Shown here one piece after another: positions 52,330 through 63,469 of a stretch of 64,000 bases of DNA (positions are counted from its first letter, which is position 1; the number at the start of each line of letters is the position of its first letter). The DNA comes from Dicyema japonicum (lineage: Eukaryota; Animalia; Dicyemida), in NCBI GenBank assembly GCA_011109175.1, contig RDEW01000016.1, positions 986,585-1,050,584 of the forward strand, written 5' to 3'. A program made the position numbers and the translations under genes. Below the pieces are notes generated by a model that saw only the letters and a list, made by a program, of their open reading frames with translations, was not told the DNA's origin and ran no database searches.

Positions 52330-53790
52330 TAAAGGATCTAGTTAGTTAAAAGCTCCTTCGCGTAGCCCTAAAAGGGTTTTGTTTGAGCCATGCTTTACAG
52401 CCATCCTCCTCGCCATCCTCGCCCACGTCTTTCTGTTTCTGGCCCTCATTCGAACATCATCCAGTCGTCTGCTGTCACCAATTTACGACCGATTGTTTCG
52501 TAATCATCTTTTAAGCAAATTGGAAGTGTATTTCTTGGTCTGCCTCGAAATCCATGACTTCCGGCGCAGTAGAAATATTCTTCCATTATTCTGTTACTCG
52601 GCGTAGTCGGGTCCAGTCTAAAAATATGTCCAAATAGCTGCCATCTCGATAGAATAACGTCCATGCTATTCGGTGTAGATTTACATAGTGCATATAGTTT
52701 TCGTTGAATTTTTCTCGGCTAGAAGATTCCAGTCAGTATGCGCAGTTGGCTTCTGTGGAAAGTATCTAGCTGCTCTAAATCGTTTTTTGAGGTTCCCCAT
52801 GTTCCGGAATTGTATATCAGCATTGGCTTGATAAACGTCGTATAGTCTGACACGAAGTTTCAGTGATACATTCCTCTTTCTATCCAGATGTTGTACATTT
52901 TTTGAAGTATATTGTGGCCAGCATTTTCCTTCGACAAATATCCCCGGCGTCACCTAGTAGAGCCGAGTTTTTTTGTATGTCTCCAGAGTTCGTCATTTCT
53001 TGATTTGGCTCGTTCGATTCGTGTGTAGTCCGTTTTTGTAATATTTATGCGCAGATCCCATTTATTTAAAATATTTTCGGCTTGGACTAAAATTTGGTCA
53101 AATTGGCTTTTCTGGTCAGTTCATACAAAGTCATCCGCGCATAACAGTTCAATTATATCTTCGTATTTAGAACCCTTTTTTTCTCAGCTCCCTGAGGGCA
53201 GCATCGAGGTATATGGTGAATAGAATTGAGGATAAGGAATCACCGTGTGGGGTTCCCATGTTGGTGCTGAAACTCTTTGATTGCTTAGTTTTTCTCACGG
53301 ATAGATCAGTTTCAGAAAGTAATAGACTTATTAGTCTCAGGCAGTCCTCGTCAAGCAGTTCCTGTAGAATACCCATGAGTTTTTCTCTGTTGATGCTGTC
53401 AAAAGCCTTCGTTAGATCCTGTAATTGTGATGTAAGCCATCGATGACTCCACGCGATATCTGAGGTAGACCTTACTTCTAAACCCACTTTGATTTTGGGA
53501 AAAGTATTTTTCCACTGGCTCTCGTATACGGTTAAGCACTATGATCGATAATGTCTTCCTGATAGTTGGTAGTATAATAATAGGCCTTAATCTATCCAGT
53601 GATCCCTCTTTTTTTCCAGGTTTGTGTATCGGAATTAAGACTCCATGTCCTAATGGAAGTGAACAGTGAAGTTCCACCGACTTGTTTAATATATCCGTGA
53701 TTATATTCCCAACAATAACCGGAGCATGTTTTAGTAACTCGCCCGGGATGCCATCATAGCCAGCTGAACGATTGCCTTTTAGGTGTATGA
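52330..53790 (-). mobile_element. RTE-like LINE, 5'-truncated and frameshifted
   Basis: RPIIILP, QSGFRS, DLTKAFDSI, PHGDSLS and RWQLFGHIFRL. Tail TTAGGGCTACGCGAAGGAGCT. Confidence 0.9.
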
Positions 53791-53999
53791 ATTTTGTATT
53801 TGGAACCCTTTGAGCACAATTATTCAAATTATAAAATCAGTTTGACGGATGAGAAAATAAAAATATTAAAAAATAAATGCGGAAGTGTAAAGAAGCCGAA
53901 GTGTTTAAGACCGACCGGGGCTTAATGATGGGCTCGGAACATATCTTCTTAATTCTGAATATAAGGTTTTACTCATTTTTGACTTCCAAGATTGTGCTC

Positions 54000-54445
54000 T
54001 CAAAAACACTTAGAGACCAAACTGGTGGCCTTGCCACGATTTATGAACAATTTATCCGACCAACGATGACGTATGCAAGTCCTTCATGGCCAATGCAGAT
54101 TTCACGATCCTCCTCATTGAAACTATCCGCAATCGAGGAGACTGCAATAAAGTTAATTGGACCAAAACACAAAATCCAGCCCATTGAAAATTTCTTAACC
54201 GAATTACAACGGAAACTTTTAAAGGAGGCTAGTTCACCGAGCTGGCCTCTATTCCATACACTATCGAAATATCTACAATCATACAGAAATTTTGAGTTGA
54301 TGCCATGTCCAATGAGAAGAGCTGTTCGAGATTCTTGACCCCGTCGGACTCGTCCTCTCCTTTGTCGGTTTGGGATCACTTAGTTAGATGAGAACTTTTA
54401 TTTTTTTCTCTTTGACCCAGTGATCCTGGGGGTAATAATAATAGC
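54000..54445 (+). mobile_element. Jockey/I-like LINE 3' part
   Basis: YEQFIRPTMTYASPSW, ending ...VGLGSLS/GIT with the GGATCACTTAGTTAG...GTGATCCTGGGGG(TAA)n tail. Confidence 0.85.
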
Positions 54446-54732
54446 ATTTATGAATGCATTTGTTACTTCCTTTATTGTAATTTTGATTGTAAGAGGTCTT
54501 GGGTTTCCAATAAATTTAGGTATATTCACCCCAACCCAATTAAACAGTGCCTCGAAGTGTTTGGCAATATGGCTTGCTTTATCCTCTGGGTTTTGTTGTC
54601 GCAGATTTTCAGCGGCTAAGGATCAATTATACCAAATTTTAAATTAGTTATTAATTTAAATTAAAAAAATTAATTTTAGGTTGTTAAACCTAATACAATT
54701 ATTATAATAAACTTTTAAAATTCACAATTTAA

Positions 54733-56267
54733 ATGGGATTCTCACTGTTTTTTTCAGTCTTTTTAATTAATTATGTGCAAAATGCAGTGCCTGATAAAAG
54801 CGAACCTTTAATACTCACAGACTATTTGAACGATGGGGAAATTGAGCTGGCAAGACAATTGAGCTATGTCGAACCATTTGTTGGAAATGTTGAGAGTTAT
54901 TCCGGATACTTCAGAGTGAGTGAGGACTGTGTTAGAAACATGTTCTTCTGGTACTTTAAAGCAGAAGTATTTTGAAATAATCATTAAAGAATGGAAATTC
55001 ATCTGCACCAGTTGTAATATGGCTTAATGGTGGGCCCGGAACAACTTCATTGGTAGGACTTTTTATGGAGGTTGGTCCATACTCCGTAGATAAAGATATA
55101 AAAAGTTCAATTTATTTTAAAAAATATTTTAGTTACAAAAAGAGACATCACGTGGTCAAAAGAATACAATTTGATTTTCATTGATAATCCAGTTTTAGTA
55201 ATCTTTACGGTTAGGTAGGAGTTGGATTCAGTTTTTCGGAGCAAGAATGTTTCTTATCCACAGAAAAAATGATTGGTCGTTTCTTATTAGAGTAGATAGT
55301 AAATGCTATTTTAGATGCATGCGACAATTTTATATGCTATTCCCTGAATTGAAACCGAATCCTCTCTACTTTAGTGGACATTTCTACGCAGGGAAATACA
55401 TTCCTGCTGCACTTTATGCGATTGATCAGTGGAATAAAAATAACTCAGACAAATGAATCTGAAAGGAATGGCCATTGGTGGTGCTTGGATTGATCCTTAT
55501 AATGCAAGATTATTATTTACTGTAGTCGCTCGATTACGGAATAATTATTACTACAAGGGGCTTATTTTTGACAACCAAATCGAAAAATTCGATAAATATA
55601 GAATGCCATGCAAGAATCCATTATGAGAGAAGAATATGAAGAAAGTGCTTGGGTGATTTCGGCTTAACATATAGATTTTTGATCAACTTATCGAAGGAGA
55701 CAATTTTGTATATCCGACTTTCTACACCAACATGACTGGACTTTATAGCCCAACAACTATCGATATGATGCAGTTTGATTGATTGCTCATTTTAGCCACT
55801 AAATTATTATTTTATGGAATTTCTTCGACGAAATTCCCAAAAAATAAACGCAGGTAACGTAGAGAACGGAAAAACATGGCTGGTAGTGAATGCTATTATG
55901 GGCGTTGATTTAATGAAATCAATAGTTTCTAATTTTACATATCTTCTTAATTCTGGATATAAGGTTTTACTCATTTTTGACTTCCAAGATTGTGCTTTTC
56001 AATGGCCAGTTGGATCCTATTGTGCCCCCCGGATCGACTTCGGAATATATGAATCAATTAGAATGGAATGGAAAAGCTGTATTCAACGATGCCCCTCAGC
56101 AAATATGGTATTCTAAAACAACCCCAAGACGGGTTAATGGATATGTTCGAGCTTCTGGGAATTTCAAGCAAATTGTGGTTAGAAATGCTGGACATTTTGT
56201 CCCAACTGATCAACCTGCGGCAGCCTTTGAATTAATGAAAAATTTCGTCCAAGATCTTGACTTTTAA
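54733..56267 (+). CDS. CPVL: Serine carboxypeptidase S10, CPVL/vitellogenic carboxypeptidase-like, signal peptide, spliced
   Basis: [31 protein letters not shown]|VGVGFSF, NGQLD and RNAGHFVP. The nucleophile elbow reads GHFYAG instead of GESYAG. Apparent 1-nt deletion near 55451. Confidence 0.9.
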
Positions 56268-56569
56268 TTTTGGCTTTCTTTGCTAACTAACTGATATTTT
56301 TGTGGTTTAATAAACGAATTGATAATTTAAGAATTTTTGGTTTGATAGAATATCAGCAATATTAACACTATCATAGGAACAAATGTCAAATATACTAAGT
56401 TCCCTCATGTGCCGCATACTATCCTCCGGTCGTTCACACAATAACATTTGTAGATTGAATTCTTGTAGTGGTGAGATTCTGACAGTAGGGGGATTGTTCG
56501 TAATCTTTATGTAACTCATCTAGTCTACAGTCCACTTTCGACTCTAGTCAACAAATTTATTTATAACCC

Positions 56570-56790
56570 CGGGATCACCGAGAAAAAAAGACAGAAAAAC
56601 ATCAGACAGTAAGGTAATCCCAGTTCCCGCAATCAAATGAGCCATCCAACGTCTGTGGTGTCCCATTGTTCCCACTACCGTGCGAAAGAGTTTTCAAGAC
56701 GAGACCACTTTAGCATGACCCAAACACTACTGAGACCATTTTGTTTTGGTATTCCAAGGTGACTCGCTATCTCTAACCCTTTTCCGTTTA
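56570..56790 (-). mobile_element. Jockey/I-like LINE 3' end
   Basis: RTVVGTMGHH..AGTGIT and tail TTCTCGGTGATCCCGGGGTTATA. Confidence 0.6.
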
Positions 56791-56802
56791 TTTAGAGTCT
56801 AC

Positions 56803-57116
56803 CGGTCGCATAGTGGATAGGTGTCGGGCTTAAGTGGCTTAGGCTACGGGTTCGAATCTCGCTGCTGTTCACCTGGTGGAAGGTTCCACGCATCTACGAT
56901 GCCGAAAGGGTTTGACGAGTGACGCCGTCATCAGTGGATTCTCACTGCGGAACTGGGTTGTCTAGAAAGGACACACACACAAGAAAAAGAAAAAAAAGAA
57001 GTGATGATCATTCCTGGTTCTACGATTAGTTAAAATTAACTGTTTTTTACTTAAATAAAGTGTGTGTCCTGCCTATGTGGAGCTATAAATATTATGGCTC
57101 TCGTGAAAAGGCTTTT
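56803..57116 (+). mobile_element. SINE-A, full-length reference copy (about 314 bp)
   Basis: A box (TCGCATAGTGG), B box (GGTTCGAATC), RTE-like tail. TSD tttagagtctac (56791-56802, 57117-57128). Confidence 0.9.
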
Positions 57117-57204
57117 TTTAGAGTCTACACTACGTGATCTTGATCTTGACTTAGTACCACGATACTTACCGATGATACTGTGGTAATGATACGACCAGGG
57201 TAGT

Positions 57205-57350
57205 ACGATAAAGGATCATTTGCTCTCCCCCACTACACTAGAGGGGCTCCCACAAACTGCAAGGATGGAGTCTTCATTTTTTATGTAGCTTCTGGATGGA
57301 CTCTTAAGATCACCAAGGAAGAAGGTACCAAAGTCAACTAATTAAGTGAT
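57205..57350 (+). mobile_element. Diverged SINE-B 3' part
   Basis: AAAGGATCATTTGCTCTCCCCCAC...GGATGGACTCT shared with 44970-45080. Confidence 0.55.
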
Positions 57351-57639
57351 CTCAACTTCTAGTAATTCCTTGATTATATTTGACTGTTTCTCAGTGATCC
57401 CATCGTCTTCCGGAATGTCTTATTGAATTTCTGCAGGTGAACTTCATCTTATGTCTTTCTCATGACTGATCGAGAATCCTCTGCATGAATGACCCCGAAT
57501 AGATTTCTAGGTTCGTTGCTGAAACGCAGGAAACTTTAGCTAGTATTTTTTATCAACTTTCTTGAAGAGGACGAATCCGTTTGGGTCGAGTCGGACTCGT
57601 CGTTCAGTTGAACGAAGTTTTTTATTCTAGGAAAATTTG

Positions 57640-57840
57640 TTCCGCAGAGAAGTGCGGGGAAATTCACATTAACTTGAATGATGTCGTGAAACACTTACAG
57701 GAGTCCGCTGGACACCCTTACATACTGGAGCCCGAGAGCCTGTACAGGGGAGATGGAAAGCGACTGGAGGGAGTAACAATCTTTCCGTTTAAGGATGAGA
57801 AACCGTTAGTTTGGGATGAAATTGCGACACGACTAAGAGA
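57640..57840 (+). mobile_element. CRE-like fragment
   Basis: LNDVVK..ILEPESLYRGDGKRLEGVTIFPFKDEKPLVWD. Confidence 0.75.
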
Positions 57841-58710
57841 TCCCCATGTACGGAGATCCTTGCATTGGAATTCCAATCGTCCGCGCCAATGCTCATTTAT
57901 CTTGACAGTTGAGGATGATTTGTAAATATTTTCGTTTAAAAAAACTTAAGTTTTTAAAGTTGCTTTCATAGTTTTCCTTCTCGGTAGTTGAGGATGAAAG
58001 TGCGCGTCGCTGGGTAGAGGGTATCACCAGAAATAAATGATTAATGGTTCTCTTTGGATAAAATATTAGGTGCCCTCCAGAAGTTACTAAAACTTTCAGA
58101 ATCAGTGAACCACATAACGCCACAATAAATTATAATTAAAATAATTTAACGGATTTTTTAAAACATTATACTTAAACGCCTTTGGAATCTCTAATCCATA
58201 AGATCTTCCCCTTAATCTATGAACACAAGCAGATGTTCTCTTGGTTCCTTCCTTGGATTAGTTAGTTATGACTGTTTGTGCTGGGCTTACAATGATAAGC
58301 CTGGGGTTAATCATAATATTCGGTTCTATGCCTGATACCTGCTTTTGTGGGATCTAGGTAAATACATAGAACCAAAATGAGGTTTTTTTAAGCGAGTCAG
58401 GATGACGTGAGTAGTTTGTTTGATGTTACGTGGTTTTTGAAATTTTAATTTCTTAAAGCTCCTAGCAATCTAGTTCAGAGTGCCTATGAGCCTGCTCAGC
58501 CGCCATAAAAGCCGAAGTGTTTAAAGGAAGAAATATGATATTGTGAGAGGAATAGCCATGGGGAAGGGCTTCCTTACTAAATTTTGCACAATTATGTTTT
58601 GTTTGAATTATTAAGTTACTGGCAAAATTCCTTTAAGTCAAAAAACAAAGTAAAAGTGAAAAAGAAAGTCCCAAACACCAAAAATGCCAAAATCAAGAAC
58701 TAACGAGAAT

Positions 58711-61003
58711 TTAAAAAGGGGTAGTTTCATTTCTAAGCCAATCAACCAAATAGGATGGCTTTTTCTGGTTATCCAATTCTTGACTCACAACAGCAAAGAC
58801 GTTCTGGTGGTATTCATTCAACCAGTCAACCTAAAGTATTACAACCCATCGACCTCTTCCTTAGTCATCATTTCAGTATTAATGAGTTTCTTTTGGATCG
58901 GAAAAAGACTCAAAGTCTCAAACTCACAAAAACTAGATTAATCCAAAATCCGTACTTATTCGGATTCTCTTTGGATTCAACAACTTGGATCAAATTCTCT
59001 ATTCGAATCCCCATGCACCCATCCTCGTAATATCCAGGCTCTAAGGAACAAGCAAGGAACTTTACCATTACTGAGGATCATCCCAGGAACCAGTCCCATG
59101 TCTTGAGGACCGGCTCTGGTTGATATGCAAATTGGCCCTAAAGTAATCCAAAACCCTCTCACCTTCGTGGACATTCAAAAACAGCCCACTCCGTGACCGG
59201 TTCCGTGTTGATAGTCTTTTCCACAACTCCACAAATACTGACGAGCAAAGGTATCTAGTCGGGACCCTAGAATAAGGTTACCCAAGTGGAAATTATACCG
59301 GATGAATTTTTTGGAAAACGAGCTCGTGCTAAGGCGATATGTCCCCTCAGAACACGCGTGAACATTTCCTTCTCATAATTACTCGGAGTTGAGAAATGCA
59401 TAGTCCTCGTGATGTCCGTGGTCCCTTCCCTTTAAAGAATCACCGAATAAAAATAACAGATATTGTCCGCCAGAATCGCAGAGATAGATTTGATTTTTGT
59501 CGATTCGAGCGCACGTGTCTTTTTTGGCACTAAGTTTGTATCTAAGAAAAAACTACGAGTAATGAATTATGGCCCCGTTAGGACCAGTCGAAGAGATTGT
59601 CGTGAAACTCAAAGAAATTGAATTTTCCTGCTGCCTAAAGAAATAAGAGAGAGGTTAACATTCGGAGACCATCCAGCTTGTCGCTTCCGTCAACCTCATC
59701 TACAATGGAATCATTTTTAAGCTTTAATCAGCAAAGGAAATCAACCTCATTTTCTAGCCAATAGAAGTATTCGGTCAAAGCCACGGCATCTTTTATCTAG
59801 AATAGAGTATAGCTTCAAACATGAGCCCGTCGTATTCCGTTTAATTCAGTTTCGTTTTTTACAGCTTTAAGTCGACTAATTGGGGACCAATCAGTTTGAA
59901 GTAGGCTTTCTGACTGAACTTGCATGGCAGCAAAGTAGCTGCTGTTTTTGGGAATCTAATATTAGCTGTACAAATAACCCAGCAGAATTCCTCAGAGGGT
60001 AAACCGTTAGCTTCCGTTTTTAATACATCAAACACATCCATCATATTCCCGCAGAACCACCCTTTCGGTGGACTCTTGGTTTCCATTAACCTTGCTAAAT
60101 CCCAAAATGGCCAAGAATATCAGAATCCAGCCGGTTGAAGTCATCAAGGAACAGATAAGCATTCTCTTTGGTTATGACTGCGTAGGAAAGAAGAAACGGG
60201 GTTAAAAGCAACATCAGACGCTCTTATATTGTATAACCCTAAATATTAATTATCATTAGAAATAATGTTAATAATATTTTTTAAATAATGTTAATTTTAT
60301 TAATTGATGGCGGAAAATAAAAAATCAATACATGCAATTTCGTCAGCATTGTGACGAGTAAGACTCCGGCGCCTTCTTTTTTCATTGTCGCTCTAACCTG
60401 TTCCACCTTTTCTCTCCACGATAAGCCTATAAACTTATTTTACTCATTGAACCGCTGAATTCAGTCTTGTGTGGAAATACACGAGATTTCGGACATCTGG
60501 CCTTCCAGCCCATATTTTATCCACAAGATTGTATTCAATCGGCTCTAATTTAATCCTTTTTGACTTTAATGCTTTTTGTAGCGATTCATATTGGTCTATT
60601 TAAATCAAAAGAGCTACTGAAGTCATAAAGCTTCGGGTCAATACCAACTGAGGAGCTTGCGTCCAGATTCTAAAGTAGGTGTAAGTATTACCTGAAACAG
60701 CCATTCACTGATAGTAGGTGTGTCTGGGTGACCCGCCTTCATTAGGATCCAATTTGAATTGAGTTCGTAAGAAGCCTGGTTCCAGTATCTGCCATCGGTC
60801 CAGAGGGCTGCCTTGGAGCTTGTTACAACAGCGGTCCCAGCCGATCCGGTGAAGTTGGAGATGTATGTCCTTCTCTGTGCATTATCAGGTGTGTATTCGC
60901 TTTGGTGGGAGTCCGATGTAGGCACAATGTAAGCGCTTATTTGAGGCTGAGTGAGTTTGAATTGAGAGCGTAGTAGAGTCAGTCTAGTTTCCGTGGAAGA
61001 CAT
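58711..61003 (-). CDS. XPNPEP1: Xaa-Pro aminopeptidase 1 (M24B), many short introns, several homopolymer indels
   Basis: [57 protein letters not shown] and GIRIEN. Confidence 0.93.
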
Positions 61004-61104
61004 GCTTTCTGACGAAATAAAAATTTTATTTTTATGCATAATTAAGTTTATATTATTTTATAAAATAATATTTAGATTTATACAAATTTAATAAATTTAG
61101 TTAA

Positions 61105-61455
61105 ATCATCTTCCAAAGTCGGATGGTCCTCTTCGTTGTCTGCGTTGAAGCTCCACTAAGAGAGTTTAGGCCCCTGGCTGGAAACAAGTATGACGAGATA
61201 ATTTATGCGGGCGATCTGGAGTTTGTTTCTGAGGATACTCAAACACTTCAGTACAACTTCAACGTACTCCCACATATTTTCGAAATGGTTCTTATCTGTA
61301 AATCCCGACAAAACGGAGTTTACAACGCTTATACATACTGACCGGAGATCGGACGAGTCATGGAGAAGGCAAAAGAAGGTGGGCTCAATTCTAGGAGATT
61401 CTAAAGATGTCTGTCATTCGTTGGAAGATCCTTGCTATGAGTGCACTGAAAAAAA
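61105..61455 (+). mobile_element. RTE-like RT fragment, paralogous to 24945-25270
   Basis: Direct similarity by eye; runs into the assembly gap. Confidence 0.85.
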
Positions 61456-61753
61456 NNNNNNNNNNNNNNNNNNNNNNNNNNNNNNNNNNNNNNNNNNNNN
61501 NNNNNNNNNNNNNNNNNNNNNNNNNNNNNNNNNNNNNNNNNNNNNNNNNNNNNNNNNNNNNNNNNNNNNNNNNNNNNNNNNNNNNNNNNNNNNNNNNNNN
61601 NNNNNNNNNNNNNNNNNNNNNNNNNNNNNNNNNNNNNNNNNNNNNNNNNNNNNNNNNNNNNNNNNNNNNNNNNNNNNNNNNNNNNNNNNNNNNNNNNNNN
61701 NNNNNNNNNNNNNNNNNNNNNNNNNNNNNNNNNNNNNNNNNNNNNNNNNNNNN
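61456..61753. other. Assembly gap (N run)
   Basis: 298 consecutive N. Confidence 1.
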
Positions 61754-61779
61754 TATCGAAGACTGGTAGATTCTTCATA

Positions 61780-62550
61780 ACGTAGCCTCTTTTTTTAGTT
61801 TCGTATTGAGGCGATATCTTTGCGTTTTCCATGCATTCTGTTTAGTATTAGCCGAGCGACAACAAGTTTGTAATCGCTGCTACTTTCAAGTCCGCCATAT
61901 GACCTCGAATTTTGCATGAAGGCCTTCTGATGTTGCTTACAGAGAATATAGTCAATCTGGTTGTATATTCGGATTGTGTTGCCTGATTTGTTTTTTCTGG
62001 TGACAACTCAAGTGGTCTTGTGTCTTGCTGAGTGCTTTAAACAAGTATTGCATAAGAGTAGGCTGAACACCGTGCAAAATGTATCAGTGACTCTCCAGGA
62101 AGGTTGCGACGATTTCTTCTGTGTGCTCCAATGCGCGTTTTCCCTGGTTTGACTTTTTCAGTCCTGGCGTTCCAGTCCCAGGCGACAAGAAGAATGTAAG
62201 AGGACGAAAGCGAGTTGTATACACTTGTGAGAGTAGAGTAAAATGCGTCCAGATCTTCGATATTTGTTGAGACTCGCACTCCAGGTGGGGCATGTACATT
62301 TATAATGGAAATGACTTAGTTGATTTTATTTCTGGATTTGATTTGTAGGACTGGGACATGGCAGATGCTGCCAACACTCTTGTAACACACTGAATCAGGT
62401 CCTGATGGACTGCAAATCCGAGACCATAATGTCGGCAGGCCGATGAGAGGGTAAGAAGATGGAATTTATCGAACAGTTATGTACATTATACGGTTGTTTT
62501 TGTCTCTTGTAGACAGCCAGAGTGAACGGATAAGTCGGTAAGGAATACGA
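61780..62550 (-). mobile_element. RTE-like APE endonuclease fragment
   Basis: CLQETK, YGLGFAV, DAFYSTL and WDWNAR. Confidence 0.75.
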
Positions 62551-62599
62551 ATGACATAGTGCAATAGAAGCGTCGTTACCACCTCAACCAAATAGCCTC

Positions 62600-63042
62600 A
62601 GATATGAGAGATTAAATAAAAGATGAATAATCGACAAAAGGAATAAAATGTGCACAATAATAAGCAGCCCACCCCAGTTGAGCTGGAGACGCGGTGGAAC
62701 GTAATACAGAATCTTGGATTTTGATGTATTCTTATATCTTGGACAATATCTGCACAATTATTGTGCAAGAAGTTACGTATATCAAAACATTTTTTGGAAG
62801 TCCTCAACCTTAGCTGAAATGACACGGATCCAGGGTTATGTTCAACGTCACTACATCTGATTAAAGAAATCTGGAAACGACAGGTCGCGCTCGTCTTGTA
62901 GCCACTACCAAGAAACTATTTTTTAGTTGCTTGGAATAAGTTTGGTCTGTTGGCTACAAATGTAGGAAGTTTTTCTCCATGAGCAGATGACCCACATGAC
63001 AACGTAGACGATAGATATCATTATTATGTTGGCAGGGACCAT
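62600..63042 (-). mobile_element. 5' end of an APE-type LINE ORF with hydrophobic leader and 2A-like peptide
   Basis: MVPANIIMISIVYVVMWVICSW...SRF(L)LIRCSDVEHNPGS, then APE-like ..DIRNFLHNNCADIVQD. Confidence 0.6.
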
Positions 63043-63429
63043 TTAATTAAATTTAAATAACAAGTATTTTATTTATATTTTTNTCTTGGACAATATCTGC
63101 ACAATTATTGTGCAAGAAGTTACGTATATCAAAACATTTTTTGAAAGTCCTCAACTTTCGCTGAAATGACACGAATCCAGGGTTATGTTCAACGTCACTA
63201 CATCTAATTAAAGAAATCTGGAAACGACAGGTCGCGCTCGTCTTGTAGCCACTACCAAGAAACTATTTTTTAGTTGCTTGGAATAAGTTTGGTCTGTTGG
63301 CTACAAATGTAGGAAGTTTTTATCCATGAGCAGATGACCCACATGACAACGTAGACGATAGATATCATTATTATGTTGGCAGGGACCATTTAATTAAATT
63401 TAAATAACAAGTATTTTATTTATATTTTT
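62737..63429. repeat. About 346-bp tandem duplication separated by a single N (63083); probably an assembly overlap or haplotype pair
   Basis: Copies 62737-63082 and 63084-63429 differ at about 6 sites. Confidence 0.85.
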
Positions 63430-63469
63430 AAATTTAAACCAATTATTAAAATTATTATAGTCGTCTTCT

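Noticed and set aside
57160-57180. ATACTTACC as the 5' end of a U1 snRNA
   Set aside because: The downstream sequence has no U1 stem-loops or Sm site.
12421-60520. Recurrent single-base frameshifts in HPRT, YKT6, zf-3CxxC, NOB1, CPVL and XPNPEP1 as programmed frameshifting or mass pseudogenisation
   Set aside because: Nearly all are 1-nt length differences in short homopolymers of otherwise well-conserved genes. This is the typical long-read consensus error, and there is no shared slippery motif.
62737-63429. 346-bp tandem duplication as a biological repeat
   Set aside because: The copies are joined by a single N and differ at only about 6 sites, which fits overlapping contig ends or haplotypes.
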